A stretch of DNA of 64,000 bases from the NCBI GenBank assembly GCA_046562895.1, contig CM102164.1, positions 32,587,842 through 32,651,841 of the forward strand. The letters run 5' to 3'. Source of the DNA: Trichechus inunguis. Its lineage: Eukaryota. The number at the start of each line of letters is the position of its first letter. Within the stretch, counting starts at the first letter, position 1. The position numbers and the translations under genes were made by a program. The notes beneath the pieces are model-generated. The model did no database searches and was not told where the DNA came from. It worked only from the letters and a program-made list of their open reading frames with translations. Of this stretch, positions 25,351 through 37,011 are shown piece by piece.

Positions 25351-26199
25351 TTAGCTTCAATAATACACAAAAACTCTATAGTATACAAAAGCTCCTATAC
25401 ATCACTGTCCCTCTCTTTTTATGTTGTTATAGTTACAAATTACATATTTATACACTATTTGCCCATTGGTTTATGCATGTCTTTCAAATCATATAGAAAG
25501 TAAAAAGAAGATTTACAAACCAATAATACAATAATATTGGCTTTTATATTTACCTATGTAGTTACCTTTACCAGGGTTCTTTATTTCTCCTTATGGTTTC
25601 TAGTTACTATCCAGTGTCCTTTCATTTTAGCCTGAAAGACTCCCTATAGCATTACTGTAGGGCAGTTCTACTAGTGAAAACCCCTTAGGCTTTTGCTTAT
25701 ATCTGAGTGTCTTAATTTCTCCTTCATTTTTGATGAATAGTTTTAACGGATATAGAATTCTTGGCTGACAGTTTTTTGTTTTGCCAGCATTTTAAATATA
25801 GCATCCTACTGCCTTCTGGCCTCTGTGGTTTCTGGTAAGAAATTAGCTGTTAATCTTATTGAAGCTCTCTTGTATGTGACCGAGGCAAATTAACCAGTAA
25901 GCAAGGTATGCATGGGCTTACAGTAAGCAAGGTACACACAGCTTAATTGTGTTTACTTACTAATCTGTAGTGAACAATTTCACATGGGTTTCACCACACC
26001 TTTGATTAGCATAGCACACTTACAAAAATACCTCACAGGGGATGGCATGGTTGGCAAAAAAAAGTAGAATGTGTGCATTACTTGTGTAAAAATACAGTAC
26101 ATGCAGGAGCATTTCAAAGTCCTTATTCCCCCAAAACTTTACTCCCAGCATTTCCTCCCAGGCTTTCCCTGCCAGGTTTTAGGTCTGTCTAGTGTTTGA

Positions 26200-26700
26200 T
26201 CCAACTATTGTTTTTTACCCTAGGCTGCAGTGGCTTGTTCCTTTTCATCTGCCTGTCAATATTTTCAAGTCATGCCCTCTATGTAGTCACTTTTCTACCT
26301 AGAGATTTCCGAGTTAGGTGAAATAAAAGCAAGCCCCTAGCCATCAGTCCTTCAGTTACCGGATGGAACCACCAGGTTCTTACTCCACTTGACTCCTATT
26401 GGCTAGTAAAGGAGAGACCGAGGTGGGAAAACAGGAAAGGCACTTTTATTGCGCTGTACAAGCAGACAGAGTCCTTTGGAGCTGCCGCCAAGGTGGGCAA
26501 GTAAGTTACTTTTAAAGGGGTTTACAAGTAGGGAGTTCATACAAGTTTTGTCAGCAACATTCTTAATCATACTACACAGGCGTAATGGAGGTTACATCTA
26601 ACCTCCAAGCAAAAGCTGGATTCAAATGCAAAGCTGGACAGGGCCGGGAGGGCGCGGGGAGGGGGCGGAGGAGGTGCGGTGGCCAGCAAAGGAACGATTT
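26200..26700 (-). mobile_element. ERV LTR (with some leader to the left), minus orientation. It is homologous to the plus-orientation LTR at 29110-29450.
   Basis: The reverse complement of 26300-26560 aligns with 29236-29440: gtatgaactccctacttgtaaacccctt(t)aaaagta…ggcagcagctcc…aataaaagtgcctttc…cctcggtctc. It includes the AATAAA poly(A) signal. Confidence 0.55.
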
Positions 26701-27639
26701 TTCTTTACCTGGAAGCCAGGTAAAGAATATAGCGCTGTGGGGGCTCTGCCTCACTTCTGGGAACCCACAGATAAGTTAAAACAGACAAGCAGAACTCCTG
26801 GCGACAAGGTCTGCTCTGCTCCCTCCAAAACCGGTTGTGCACACAGGCTGCTGTCTTTACCACAGCGGCTGCTGTAGGGAGGGGGATGGAGCTAGGGTAG
26901 GTTAAATCGCCACAGATATCTCCTACCTGTTTCAGTGTTTTTCTTCTGGTTAAGCTTTGGCTTGGTTGCTATAAACCTTTGACTATCTTCTAAGAGTTTC
27001 AATAAGATTGATTCTGACAGTTTTAACCAGCTTTTTTGGTGTTTCTGGGGAGGGGGAGATCCTTACTGCACCATTTTTGTTGACATCACCTAAAATGATT
27101 CTTATACAGTCCTATAAACTAGGTCCTAATGATGAAATTAGGGCCTACCTAAAGTACCTTGTCCACGATCACCTCAGTAATAAATCGTGGAGTCAGATTC
27201 ACCTTCTGCCGTTTCCACATCACCTGTTTATATTGATCTTTGCCAAGATATTCCTTTTCTTTTCTCATTTTATTCAGGGCCTAAGGGATCTGATTCTTTC
27301 TCACTGCTTTAGTCCCTACTCAATGAAATCTCATATCTGTATTTCCAACCCCCACCTCTCTTGACTGGCAGATACATATTTCCAACTACCTGTGAACACT
27401 AACACGAACTTTAGACTTCAGGAAGTTTTAAACTCATCTCGTAATCTTACCTTCCAGTTTCCACAACTCCAAACTCTCCTGAAATTTGCTCCTTTCCCCG
27501 TCCCTGGGAATTACCCTCATGCCTCAGTTAATTGGCAGCATCACCATCCACCCACGTCTCCCAAACTCAAACTTTGGAGCTATCCTCTTTGGCCAAATCC
27601 CTCCTGGAAAAAAAAACCTGGAAAATTTCCGGGCCCTTG

Positions 27640-28330
27640 AGCTGATGCTGGGAAGAAAACCCCGCGCGTTCTTGCTATCGTCCCCGCTAGGGGCGCTTAG
27701 CTGCAGGGTGCGGAGTGCGGGGTGCCGGGCGCGGCCGCCGGAGGTCGGTGGCGCAGGGTTCTGCCCGCGCTGGCTCGGGGCTTGCCCAGCTGCCCGCGGA
27801 GGCCGGAACCGGAGAGAGAGAGTCTCGGGCCCAAGTACCCGGAGCCGCCGGGTCTCAGCCAGGTGTGTGGGGGTCGCGGATGACCTGCGGGTTCCCCGCT
27901 GTCCTTTCTGGGGTGTGGGGGAGTCGGGCGCATTTTCTCGGCGGCCCTTCCTGCAGGGCGAAGCGAGTCCAGCTCCACTGTTTGGAAACAATCCTGCTGT
28001 GCTTCCGCGTGCTGTGTGCAACTTCCTTCTAGTTCTTTCCACCATTCAAAGTTTCAGTTTAAAGGGCCTGTTCGCTTTGGGGGTCGGCGCGCCGCACGGT
28101 CGTGTCTCCGGGGACGCTGGGAGTGTTTGCATTTTAATTACTCGTGGGACCGCAGAGGACGCGGTTCGCGTTCGGAACCGCTGGGGCCCTTGCACAACCC
28201 GGCGCGTGTACATGGAACGGGCCGGCGGCCCGGGGAATCCTCCTGTCTCGGGAAACGGACAGCTTGCAGCAGAATGAAGTGCCTTTTATTTCCAGCGTGC
28301 CAAAAGGCCGCTCTTCTTTCTGAAAGTTAG
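27640..28330. promoter_or_regulatory. CpG island about 13.5 kb upstream of the CENPJ promoter, with no recognisable coding gene (orphan island; unannotated promoter?)
   Basis: CpG density is extreme: cgcgcgttcttgctatcgtccccgctaggggcgcttagctgcagggtgcggagtgcggggtgccgggcgcggccgccggaggtcggtggcgcagg…gtcggcgcgccgcacggtcgtg…cgcggttcgcgttcggaaccg. The long ORFs on both strands are GC-composition artefacts. A poly(A)-signal-like ttgcaataaatacattg sits at about 28598. Confidence 0.6.
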
Positions 28331-28745
28331 ATTTCAAAGAAACTTGTACAAGGGATGATGTTTTGATGAATGATCAGGGGATGGAATCTGCTAGTCATGA
28401 TGAGTAATTGGGAAAACAATGACGAAAACATTTATGTGCTTGTTGAGATGCAAAGTTGAAAATAATACCTGCAGGGAATGCGGTGTGACTCATCCATGGG
28501 TTCATGAAAGTAGAGCCCTGCAGAGTTCAGCTTCCGGGAAAACAGGCGCAGCCAGATGTTTGAGCAAGCTCTTTCAAGTCCGGACTGCGGAGTTGCAATA
28601 AATACATTGAAATATTCAAAGTGTGGTGTTCTGGTAAAGGAGACATTCACCTTGAGTATGTGTATCTGCACGTGCAGATTGTGTCATTGCATTTGACTGG
28701 ATCATTTATTCAGTAAGCATTTATGAGGTACTGTCTGTGTGCTCA

Positions 28746-28858
28746 GCTGCTAGCCAAAAGATTGGCAGTTGGAATCCATCAGCCACTCCTTGGAAACCCT
28801 ATTGGGCAGTTCTACTCTGTCCCATAAGGTCTCTATGAGTCAGAATTCACTCCACTGC
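28746..28858 (+). mobile_element. AfroSINE, 5'-truncated
   Basis: gctgctagccaaaagattggcagttggaatccatcagcc...ggtctctatgagtcagaattcactccactgc. Confidence 0.75.
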
Positions 28859-29034
28859 AAAAGAGGGGGGTGGTGTTACGGGTCTGTGTGCCACGGTGGT
28901 GGGAGTGTTATCCAAGTTGATGGCCTTTGCCTCTTAGGGGTTTCCCAGACCCCTTAGAGAGGTGAGATATACATGCCATCTGAGCGTCAGAAGGCTTTTC
29001 TATAATTCTAGCCTCTAATTGATGCTTGAAAGAG

Positions 29035-29110
29035 TTTTTTCTTTCTTTCCCAATTGTGCTTTAGGTGAAAAGTTTACAGCTCAAGTTAGTTTCTCATTCA
29101 ACAATTTATA
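29035..29110 (-). mobile_element. L1 3'-terminal fragment (about 75 bp)
   Basis: cccaattgtgctttaggtgaaaagtttacagctcaagttagtttctcattcaacaatttatatacaaattc matches the start of the other antisense L1 3' UTR copies. Confidence 0.5.
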
Positions 29111-30800
29111 TACAAATTCTTTTAATACAGGGGTCCCCAGGATGCAGAAAATTCCCCTGCAGCTTGCTTGGCTTCTTCCTCTGAAATTTTGCATTAGACT
29201 CCCAATTCCTCTGCTTACCTGGCAAAATCCTAAGACTGTTGCTGACGTAACTAGTATGAACTCCCTACTTGTAAACCCCTTAAAAGTAGCCTTTCCCCTC
29301 GCCCTTGGGAAACAGCGGCAGCAGCTCCGACTGACTCCTTTCCTTGCCAAACGAAATAAAGGTGCCTTTCTGCCTTCCCAACTCGGTCTCGTTTATCGGT
29401 CTCAACTATTATGCCGAGCAGAACCTGGAGTTTCCACCTGGTAATGTTTCTGGTGAGCCAGCCAGAAGTCATCCACTTGGTTCCTGAGGTGAATTGGACA
29501 ACAGACCAGCCCCAGTGTCTGGCGCCACCAGGAGATTTCTCCTGGAGACCTTGGAGCAGCCCTGAAAGCCAATCCACCCTGGGCCCAAAAGATGACTCTG
29601 TGGGAGGCATGAAACTTGCCTAGGTTGTTTGCTAAGTAAGGCCTTAGAAGAGTGCCAAGAAGTGGGAGGAATTGACTGTTGAGGGCATAAAAGGCTCTAG
29701 GTACCTGCTAGGTTAGTGCACCAGATTAGGTTGTGTGAGTGTGTAAGTGTGTGTATCCAGAGAATGGGGAATGTTCAAGGGATCCCAAATGCAGCTTGCT
29801 AAGATGCATCCTTAAGAACGGGGAACAGAAACTTGGACAAACATGGCTTGTCCGTTTCCTAATTTTGCCTCTTTGAATATATGCTGAATAAAACCTTTGT
29901 TTTTGTTTTACTAAACTTTGTGGTGTTTACACCCTACAACAGATAATGGTGTAGTCATTGAAGAGATTCTGAAGCCACAAATCCAGTCGACCTCGTGGAG
30001 ACCTGGACTGCGGAGCAGAAGCCGGCAAAGAGAGGTCCTATCTTCTGGACCCACCTGATGGGGTGCGTGCTCTCGGAAAACGAGCCTTGCTTATTGTTTT
30101 GTTCTCTTTCTCATGTTTTCTTAAGTTTTGTTTGGCATATTTGATTTGAAAACTGGTTGTTTGATTAAGGAGAATCTTTTCTTAGATTTTTGCTTGATCG
30201 TTTGGTTAAGAGTGACATTTACTAACTCTTTTGTGAACTGCTGTTTAGTGTCCAGATTCAGGTGCTTAAAACATTAAAGAGGTAATTCTATTTCCAAAGA
30301 GCTCTGGGTCACTATAAGCTGCAAAATTCGGGCACAGGTTGACCAGTAAAAGCCATTAGGGTGGTCTCTGGTGCCCATCATGAGCACTGAAGACTCCCGT
30401 GACAAAATAAGGTGGTTGCAAGACAGGCTAGAGCACTAGGCTGCCTGCCACCCGCAAGCCAAGTCTTTTGCAAAAAAAGATACACATTGGTCCAAGTAAA
30501 ACACTGCCCAAACCATACTGCATTCACCATTAGAGTTCTTTTTGTGACTCAGAGAAAACCTAGGAAATAGTGCTCTGTTTTGCCAAATTCTCCGGAGGAA
30601 ATGATAGCTCCGGACCTGTATTATGAAATTCTCAGGGGGAGGTGGTAGCTTCTGACCTGTTTTATGAAATTCACAGGGAGAAGTGACAGCTCCATACCTG
30701 TTTTATGATGTATATAGCTTCTCAATAAAGAATCACAGTGTTAAAATTAAAATCAACTGTAGCTACTTTAAAGTACTTTCCAACTGGAGGAACTAGTATA
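29110..30800 (+). mobile_element. ERV 5' fragment, plus orientation: LTR at 29110-29450, leader, and a degenerate gag start (ATG GGG AAT GTT CAA GGG… at 29762)
   Basis: LTR features are …tgacgtaactagtatgaactccctacttgtaaacccc… and aataaaggtgcctttctgcc (poly(A) signal). Downstream, atggggaatgttcaagggatcccaaatgcagcttgctaa is an MGNVQG… gag start typical of gammaretrovirus-like ERVs. It is truncated and interrupted afterwards. Confidence 0.45.
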
Positions 30801-30829
30801 TTTAAGGTCTAAAATGAGAGACTAGGTCT

Positions 30830-31660
30830 CTAGCCGTGGTGGTGTAAGGGAGTCTGGTGGCAGTGTGGGACGTGGCGTATGAGCTAGGTCTGAGGGAGAA
30901 GGAAAAGGAAGAGAGAGAAAAGAAAAATAAAAAATAAAAAAAGCTGGCAGTGCAGTGAGGGCTGGCAGACTCAAGGGCTAGTTGGAAGGAAGGGGATGTG
31001 ATGTGTAGAGCTAGATGGGGGGGAGAAAGAAAAGAAACAAAAGCAAAAGCAAAAATTTGCATGGTGGGAGCCAGCGGGTGGGGTCAGGGTGGCTGGGGGC
31101 TGGTGGCTCTCTAGCTGAGGTGGCAAGGCATGGTTCGGTGGGACAGGGTGGAGGCGGTATATGGGGGTAGGTGGCTGGGTGAAAGACGAAGAGAGTAAAA
31201 AAGAGAAAAATGGCACAGCAGGAGCTGGTTGGTGGGGGCGGGGTGGACCCGGGGTGATGGCCAGCTGGTGCCTATCCAGCTGAGTGGCATGTCGTGGGCA
31301 CAGCCTGTCAGGAAGGAGTGGAGGCAGCACACGGGGCTAGGTTGGGGGAGAAAGAAAAGGAAGAAAGGGAAATAGAAAAAAAAGTGGCACTGAGGGAGCT
31401 GTCTGGTTGAAGCAGAGTGGACATGGGGTGGCCGTGAGCTGGTGTCTCTCCAGCCGAGTGGTATGGCTTAGCCCACTGGGAAGTGGCAGAGGTGGTGCAC
31501 GGGCCTAGTTGGGAGGGAGAAAGAAAAGGAAGAAAAAGAGAGGAAAAAATGGCACTGAGGGAGCTGGCCGGTGGAGACAGGGTGGACTCAGGGTGGTGGT
31601 GAGCCGTTGTCTCTCTTGCCGAGCAGTACAGTGTGGCCCATTGGGAAGGGGTAGAGTCTT
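30830..31660. repeat. Tandem array of about 5 units with a ~165-175-bp period. It is G-rich and purine-rich.
   Basis: The repeated unit is approximately actgagggagctg.c.ggt.gagacagggtggac.cagggtgg..gtgagc.ggtgtctctc.agccgagtgg.atgg.ttagcccactgggaag.ggcagaggtggtgcacgggcctagttgggagggagaaagaaaaggaagaaaaagagaggaaaaaatggc. Unit starts fall near 30944, 31061, 31214, 31389 and 31554. Confidence 0.8.
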
Positions 31661-32029
31661 TAAGACGCTATTTTTAGGTGGCTCCTTTCTGCAGGGAACT
31701 GGATGTCACCATGTTTCTCTCTGAACTCCAGATGTGGGAGCTTTTGCTGTAGCTGAGTTATTCTTCTGGCAGTTTTTAAGACCTTGGTTGCTGTCTTTTA
31801 GCAGCCAGACACCATTTGACTTTTTAGCAGCTGACTGGGTACCATCTGACTTCATCTTGCTGTGGTCCTAGTTTCATCTTCAGGGTGGGTAAATTCTGAT
31901 TGGGGTGAGTGTTGAGAACAGGGCCACATTAGAGGAATAACTGGTGTTCCAAAAAATGTTTGACTTCAGAACTAAACTTCATCCTCTTTAGAAAAATTAG
32001 TTTCTTCTAGATACATAATTTGTTCCATG

Positions 32030-34080
32030 GTCATATGTTTTGAGGGTTGGCTGTGGTAATGAGAAACACAATGCATTGTTTAACAAATCTTATAATAATA
32101 ATTACAATGGTTAGAAGAAGGAGACAGGCTAGTAGAAAGGAGTGTAACCCAGACCCAATACTTTGGGGTAACCAGCGAAAAATATCAAGGAAGGAAGGAA
32201 CTGTTATGGAAGGAATGGTGTGCAACCAAGAGGCTATTTATCCACGAACAATAAGAGGTATTGGGGACAGCAGAAACTCTTCCTTGCTAAGGTAAAAGAA
32301 AGTTTAAGACAATACTGTTGTCTAATACAACTCTTAGCTAAGTATTCTGATGATTTTTGTTGTGCAGCCATTCCATTAGCAACACTATCAGCAATTTGGG
32401 CCATGGTGGCAGATAGATTGTAATTGGACATGTGTAATTGCCCATCCCAAACCATGGTATAATAGCATGTAAGAAAGATCATCCCCACCCTGAGTAATTA
32501 GCTATGGGATTGCCTGAAATGATGAAGTCTCTCTTCTGTAGGGATATTAATTTTAAATCACTATCCCATAGTAAGCTGTTAATTTATGAATGAATACTCA
32601 TGGGAACTCCTAATACTCCTGAAGTACATTGGCCTATCGTACCGCAACCATTTAAACATGGCAAGGCCAAGTATAGGGTGAATCATTGGACTTTTTTGTT
32701 GCATAAGTTGATCCTCCACATAAAAACATATATCCAGATGGGGCACATAACATGCCTTTTCCAGTTTGGATATCAGGAAATGGAATGGACTCATTGGCTC
32801 TTTTAAGCCAGGTGGCAGTTAATAAGTCATCACAAATCAACAGTTCTCCAAAATTTGGGGGATCCTGGAGGTGAGCACATACAGGGAAATTTGGATTAAA
32901 CATACCTGTTGCTGCCAAGTCGATTCCAACTCATAGTGATCCTGTAGGACAGAGTAGAACTGCCCCATAGGGTTTCTAAGAAACAGCTGGTGGATTTGAA
33001 CTGCTGACCTTTTGGTTAGCAGCCAAGTTCTTAACCACTGTGCCAGCAGGGCTCCAAATATGATACAGTTATCTATTATTAAGTGATAATATCAAGCATT
33101 ATTAGCAAAAACTTCACATAGTGTGGACCAAGTAGACAGGAAAGATTGAAACAGGGAGCTGATGAATAGGTGGACAATTCTGGGGGTAGCCATAGGTTTG
33201 ATACAGATGGCTTGTTTAAGTGGTTTTCTAAAATCAATACTAAAATTAGGCACGAACTTATAATCTGAAACTGGCACAGCAGGAGGATCTGTGTGCTCCT
33301 ATGTGGATTGCGAGGCAGAGTGACATACCCAACATTATGTGAAATTGCTTGCGCTGGCAAGTGATTGAGCTAATTTGATAAAAGCATTTTTTCTCTAAGC
33401 TTCAGTGGTGGTTATAACAAACAGAAAGGAAGATTATTATAAACTTCATAATAAAAAGGTTAATTAAAACAATATAATAAAGCAAAAGGAAATTAATGAG
33501 TATAAAACACTTTTTTTTTTTTTTTAGTAACTCACCAAGAGGTGGATACAAGTAGGTAAAATAAAACTATTTTAAAAAGGTTATAAGTATTAAACTATTT
33601 CAATTTCTGTATAAGGGATAAAAGTTTAAACTTTTAGGTCTGAAGATATACAATGATTACTAGAGCTACTAAGAAATAAACCACAAGTGAGCAAAAATAG
33701 TCAAGACTTAAAATACCGACAGTTAAGAACCAGAGTTTATAGATTTTAGCAGCTAGCATATGATCTCACCCTGTGACTTTGGGGTCAGCAGCTTGGCTTT
33801 GAAGCAGCTTGCTTCTGGTCGCCAGGGTGCTACTTCAGTCTGAGTTTTAAATCTTCTGCTGGCTGGCAAGTCCAAATGGGTGTTTTAACTTCCTTCAACT
33901 GTGATAAAGGAATCCAAGGGTAATTCCTTCTAATTTAGCTGCACAAGGGTTAGTCAAAAGGACAAGGTAAGGCCCTTTCCAGCAGATCTTATCCAATAAA
34001 CAATCTTCTGGGATAATAATAATTGAGGGAGGAGAATCAGATTTCTGTTCTTCGAATGCCTCTTTAACTTGTGAAACATA
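32030..34080 (-). mobile_element. ERV env-like region (TM C-terminus plus SU remnants) at the 3' end of minus-strand ERV copy 1. It is interrupted by an AfroSINE.
   Basis: The minus ORF 32031..32225 has a hydrophobic membrane-spanning segment followed by a basic/Cys tail (…WLPQSIGSGLHSFLLACLLLLTIVIIIIRFVKQCIV…), as in gammaretroviral TM. The ORFs at 32234..32488 and 32652..32918 are Cys-containing env-like fragments. The assignment is tentative. Confidence 0.35.
32902..33053 (-). mobile_element. AfroSINE
   Basis: Reverse complement: cctgttgctgccaagtcgattccaactcatagtgatcctgtaggacagagtagaactgccccatagggtttc...ggttagcagccaagttcttaaccactgtgccagcagggctcc. Confidence 0.85.
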
Positions 34081-34086
34081 CTTCTT

Positions 34087-34240
34087 AAACCCATTGCCGT
34101 CGAGTCAATTCTAACTCAAAGCAATCCTATAAGACAGAGTAGAACTGCCCCATAGGGTTTCAAAGGAGTGGCTGGTGGATTCAAACTGCTGACCTTTTGG
34201 ATAGCAGCCAAGCTCTTTAACCACTTCACCACCTGGGCTC
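34087..34240 (-). mobile_element. AfroSINE
   Basis: Reverse complement: cccattgccgtcgagtcaattctaactcaaagcaatcctataagacagagtagaactgccccatagggtttc...ccacttcaccacctgggctc. Confidence 0.85.
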
Positions 34241-34379
34241 TTACTGCATTAAAGATTGACAGTATTGTAATAATTGAGATTGTACTAAGTTAGGATCCAT
34301 AGAAGCAATGTCGGGAAGGATCATGGGCCATGATTATTTTATAAGGAGTAAGTTTATGCATGGTTTAAAGTCAGGAAAG

Positions 34380-35310
34380 GTGTGGGTCAGGGTTATATCC
34401 TTTCACCATACTTATTCAATCTGTATGCTGAGCAAATAATCCGAGAAACTAGACTGTATAAAGAAGAACAGGGCATCAGGATTGGAGGAAGACTCATTAA
34501 CAGCCTGTGATATGCAGATGACACAACCTTGCTTGCTGAAAGTGAAGAGGACTTGAAGCACTTATTGATGAAGATCAAAGACTACAGCCTTCAGTATGGA
34601 TTACACCTCAACATAAAGAAAACAAAAAGCCTCACAACTGGACCAATAAATAACACCATGATAAATGGAGACAATATTGAATTTGTCAAGGACTTCGTTT
34701 TACTTGGCTCCACAATCAACATCCATGGAAGCAGCAGTCAGGAAATCAAATGATGCATTGCGTCGAGCAAATCTGCTGCAAAAGAGCTCTTGAAAGTGTT
34801 AAAAAGCAAAGATGTCACTTTAAGAATAAAGTGCACCTGACCCAAGCCATGGTGTTTTCAGTCGCCTCATATGCGTGTGAAAGCTGGGCAATGAATAAGG
34901 AAGACAGAAGAAGAATTGATTCCTTGGAATTATGGTGTTGGTGAAGAATATTGAATATACCATGGACTGCCAGAAGAACGAACACATCTGTCTTGGAAGA
35001 AGTACAGCCACAATGCTCCTTAGAAGTAAGGATGGCAAGACTTCGTCTCACATACTATGGACATATTATCAGGAGGGATCATTCCCTGGAGAAGGACATC
35101 ATGCTTGGTAAAGTAGAAGGTGAGTGAAAAAGTGGAAGACCTTCAGTGAGATGGATTGACAAAGTGGCTGCAACAATGGTCTCAAACATAGCAACAATTG
35201 TGAGGATGGTGCAGGATGGGGCAGTGTTTCATTGTGTTGTGCATAGGGTTGCTATGAGTCGGAATCGACTCGACAGCACCTAACAACTACAACAATAACA
35301 ACAACAAGTT
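34380..35310 (+). mobile_element. RTE/BovB-type LINE fragment (RT C-terminal part and 3' end)
   Basis: The plus-strand translation contains YADDTTLLAESEEDLKHLLMKIKDYSLQYGLHLNIKKTK... and ...WAMNKEDRRRIDSLELWCWRRILNIPWTARRTNTSVLEEVQP...MARLRLTYYGHIIRRDHSLEKDIMLGKVEG...WIDKVAATMVSNIATIVRMVQDGAVFHCVVHRVAMSRNRLDST. This is the RTE reverse-transcriptase tail. The 3' terminus is the same tail shared with AfroSINEs. Confidence 0.8.
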
Positions 35311-36327
35311 TATGAGATCTGAAAGGAGTGCTTCTTAAATTTAGAAGGACTAAAAGGTGAACTGTAGTCCAGGGCAAACCTAAGGATTTGGAAAGTTTAG
35401 CAAGTTGAGTTTTTATTATACCATTAATTCTTTCTACCAGCCCAAAGTCTGTAGGTAGTAAAGGCAATGTAATCTTTGGTATATAGGAAAAACTTGGCAT
35501 AATTCTTGAATAACTTGTCCAGTAAAATGAATTCTCTAGTCACTGGAAAGAATTTTGGGTGCTCCTTAAATAGGTATTATGTTTCCAAGGAGCTTCTTTG
35601 CCACGAAAGAAGCAGTGGCCCGTTGACAGATAAAAGCCTTTACCCAGTGTGAAAATCTATGAATTGTTATTAAGACATATTTGTAACTACTCAAAGGTGG
35701 AAGCTGGATAAAGTCCAACTGCTATTCGAGCCTACTCCCAGAATGCAAAGGATATTGTCCAGGGGAAGTCTTAAGATGTTTCCCAGGTTTATAATGAGGG
35801 CAGGTAGAGCAGTGGGTGGTCACATGCTCAGCTACTTTAGAAAAAATTTTCCACCAGTATTTTTTAAAATCTCTCCCTAGGTGAATATTCTCATGTAGAG
35901 TCCTCATCATAGGGACGTGTAAAAGTTTAGAAGGAACAATTTTGGTATTAGTGTCAGGGTCTTGATAACAGCCTGACTTTTTCCATGCTTCAGTTTCATT
36001 AAATTAAGCCAATTGCTGACGTTTGAAAAGCTTCTCTTTGGTGGGTGCGAATGTGCTAGTGGTTTCATGAGAATAGCTTTCTATAGCTTCTTCCAAAAGC
36101 CCTTTTGTACACCCTTTTGCTGTTGCAAAGGCGATGATAACTTGGGAAGTAGCTTTTTTTTAGCAGCTGCATCAGCAAGATTATTTTCCCCAACTTCTTC
36201 AGTTTGGAACACTCCTTTTGGCTGGTGTGCTTGTATTTAAACTACGGCAATGTTAGAAGGGAGCAGCAAGACATCCAACAGGTCTACTACTAAAGCCCAT
36301 TTATAATAGTGTTACCAAAACCCAAAA

Positions 36328-36487
36328 AAAACCCTAACCCATTGCTGTTGAGTTGATTCCGACTCATAACAACCGGATAGGGCAAAGTAGTACCACCATG
36401 TAGGGTTTCCAAGGAGTGGCTGGTGGATTCGAACTGCCAACCTTTTAGTTAGTAGCTGAGCTCTTAACCACTGCACCACCAGGGCGC
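36328..36487 (-). mobile_element. AfroSINE, nested in ERV copy 1
   Basis: Reverse-complement AfroSINE: cccattgctgttgagttgattccgactcataacaacc...gctcttaaccactgcaccaccagggcgc. It interrupts the ERV integrase/RNase H region. Confidence 0.85.
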
Positions 36488-36856
36488 TGTAGTGTTACTA
36501 GAGGAGGCTTAAAAAACCTCTTTGTTTTCATACTATTCCAAAATCATGAACAATCTCAAATGCATATTTTAAATCTGTAAAAACATTTATGGACTTTCTT
36601 TAGCAAGTTTGCATGCTCTGGTAAGAGCATTAAGTTCAGCTTGTTGAGCTGAAGTGGCCTTAGGAAGAGGCTGGCTTTCAAAGACTTCGGTAGAAGTAGT
36701 AACAGCGTAACTAGTATGATAGTGAGATTTAGGACCTGCTTCAAATAAGAGCCATCTACAAACAATATTGTATCAGGGTTGTTAAAGGAGTTTCTTTTAA
36801 ATTACTACGAGGAGACAGAAGCTGCTTGCTTAAGTCTAAACAATCATGGTAAGGGC

Positions 36857-37011
36857 TAAAACTCATTGCCATTGGGTCGATTCTGACTCATAGCGACCCT
36901 ATAGGACAAAGTAGAACTGCCTTATAGGGTTTCCAAGAAGCGGCTGGTGGATTTGAACTGCCGATCTTTTTGTTAGCGGGAAAGCTCTTAATCACTGTAC
37001 TACCAGGGCTC
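36857..37011 (-). mobile_element. AfroSINE, nested in ERV copy 1
   Basis: Reverse-complement AfroSINE: ctcattgccattgggtcgattctgactcatagcgaccctataggacaaagtagaactgcc...ctaccagggctcc. Confidence 0.85.

Larger units (their letters stand above)
20150..25900 (-). mobile_element. L1, antisense orientation, heavily interrupted
   Basis: It reads as the reverse complement of L1 ORF2. Examples are ggctgaatagtatttattgtacggatataccatattttgtttatcctttcatccactgatggacatttgggttgtttccaccttttggctattgtg and, later, ORF2 N-terminal sequence. Only short ORFs remain. Interruptions are an older repeat at 20560-21060 and AfroSINEs at 22696-22862, 24740-24925 and 25182-25350. Confidence 0.75.

Noticed and set aside
27486-28277. 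Long ORFs (263 aa on the plus strand; 173, 105 and 93 aa overlapping on both strands)
   Set aside because: They lie in an extremely GC-rich CpG island where stop codons are rare. The overlapping frames on both strands are Ala/Arg/Gly/Pro-rich with no recognisable domain. They are composition artefacts.
30802-31332. P/H/S-rich ORFs of 73-119 aa on the minus strand
   Set aside because: They are translations of the ~170-bp tandem array and are low-complexity repeat artefacts.
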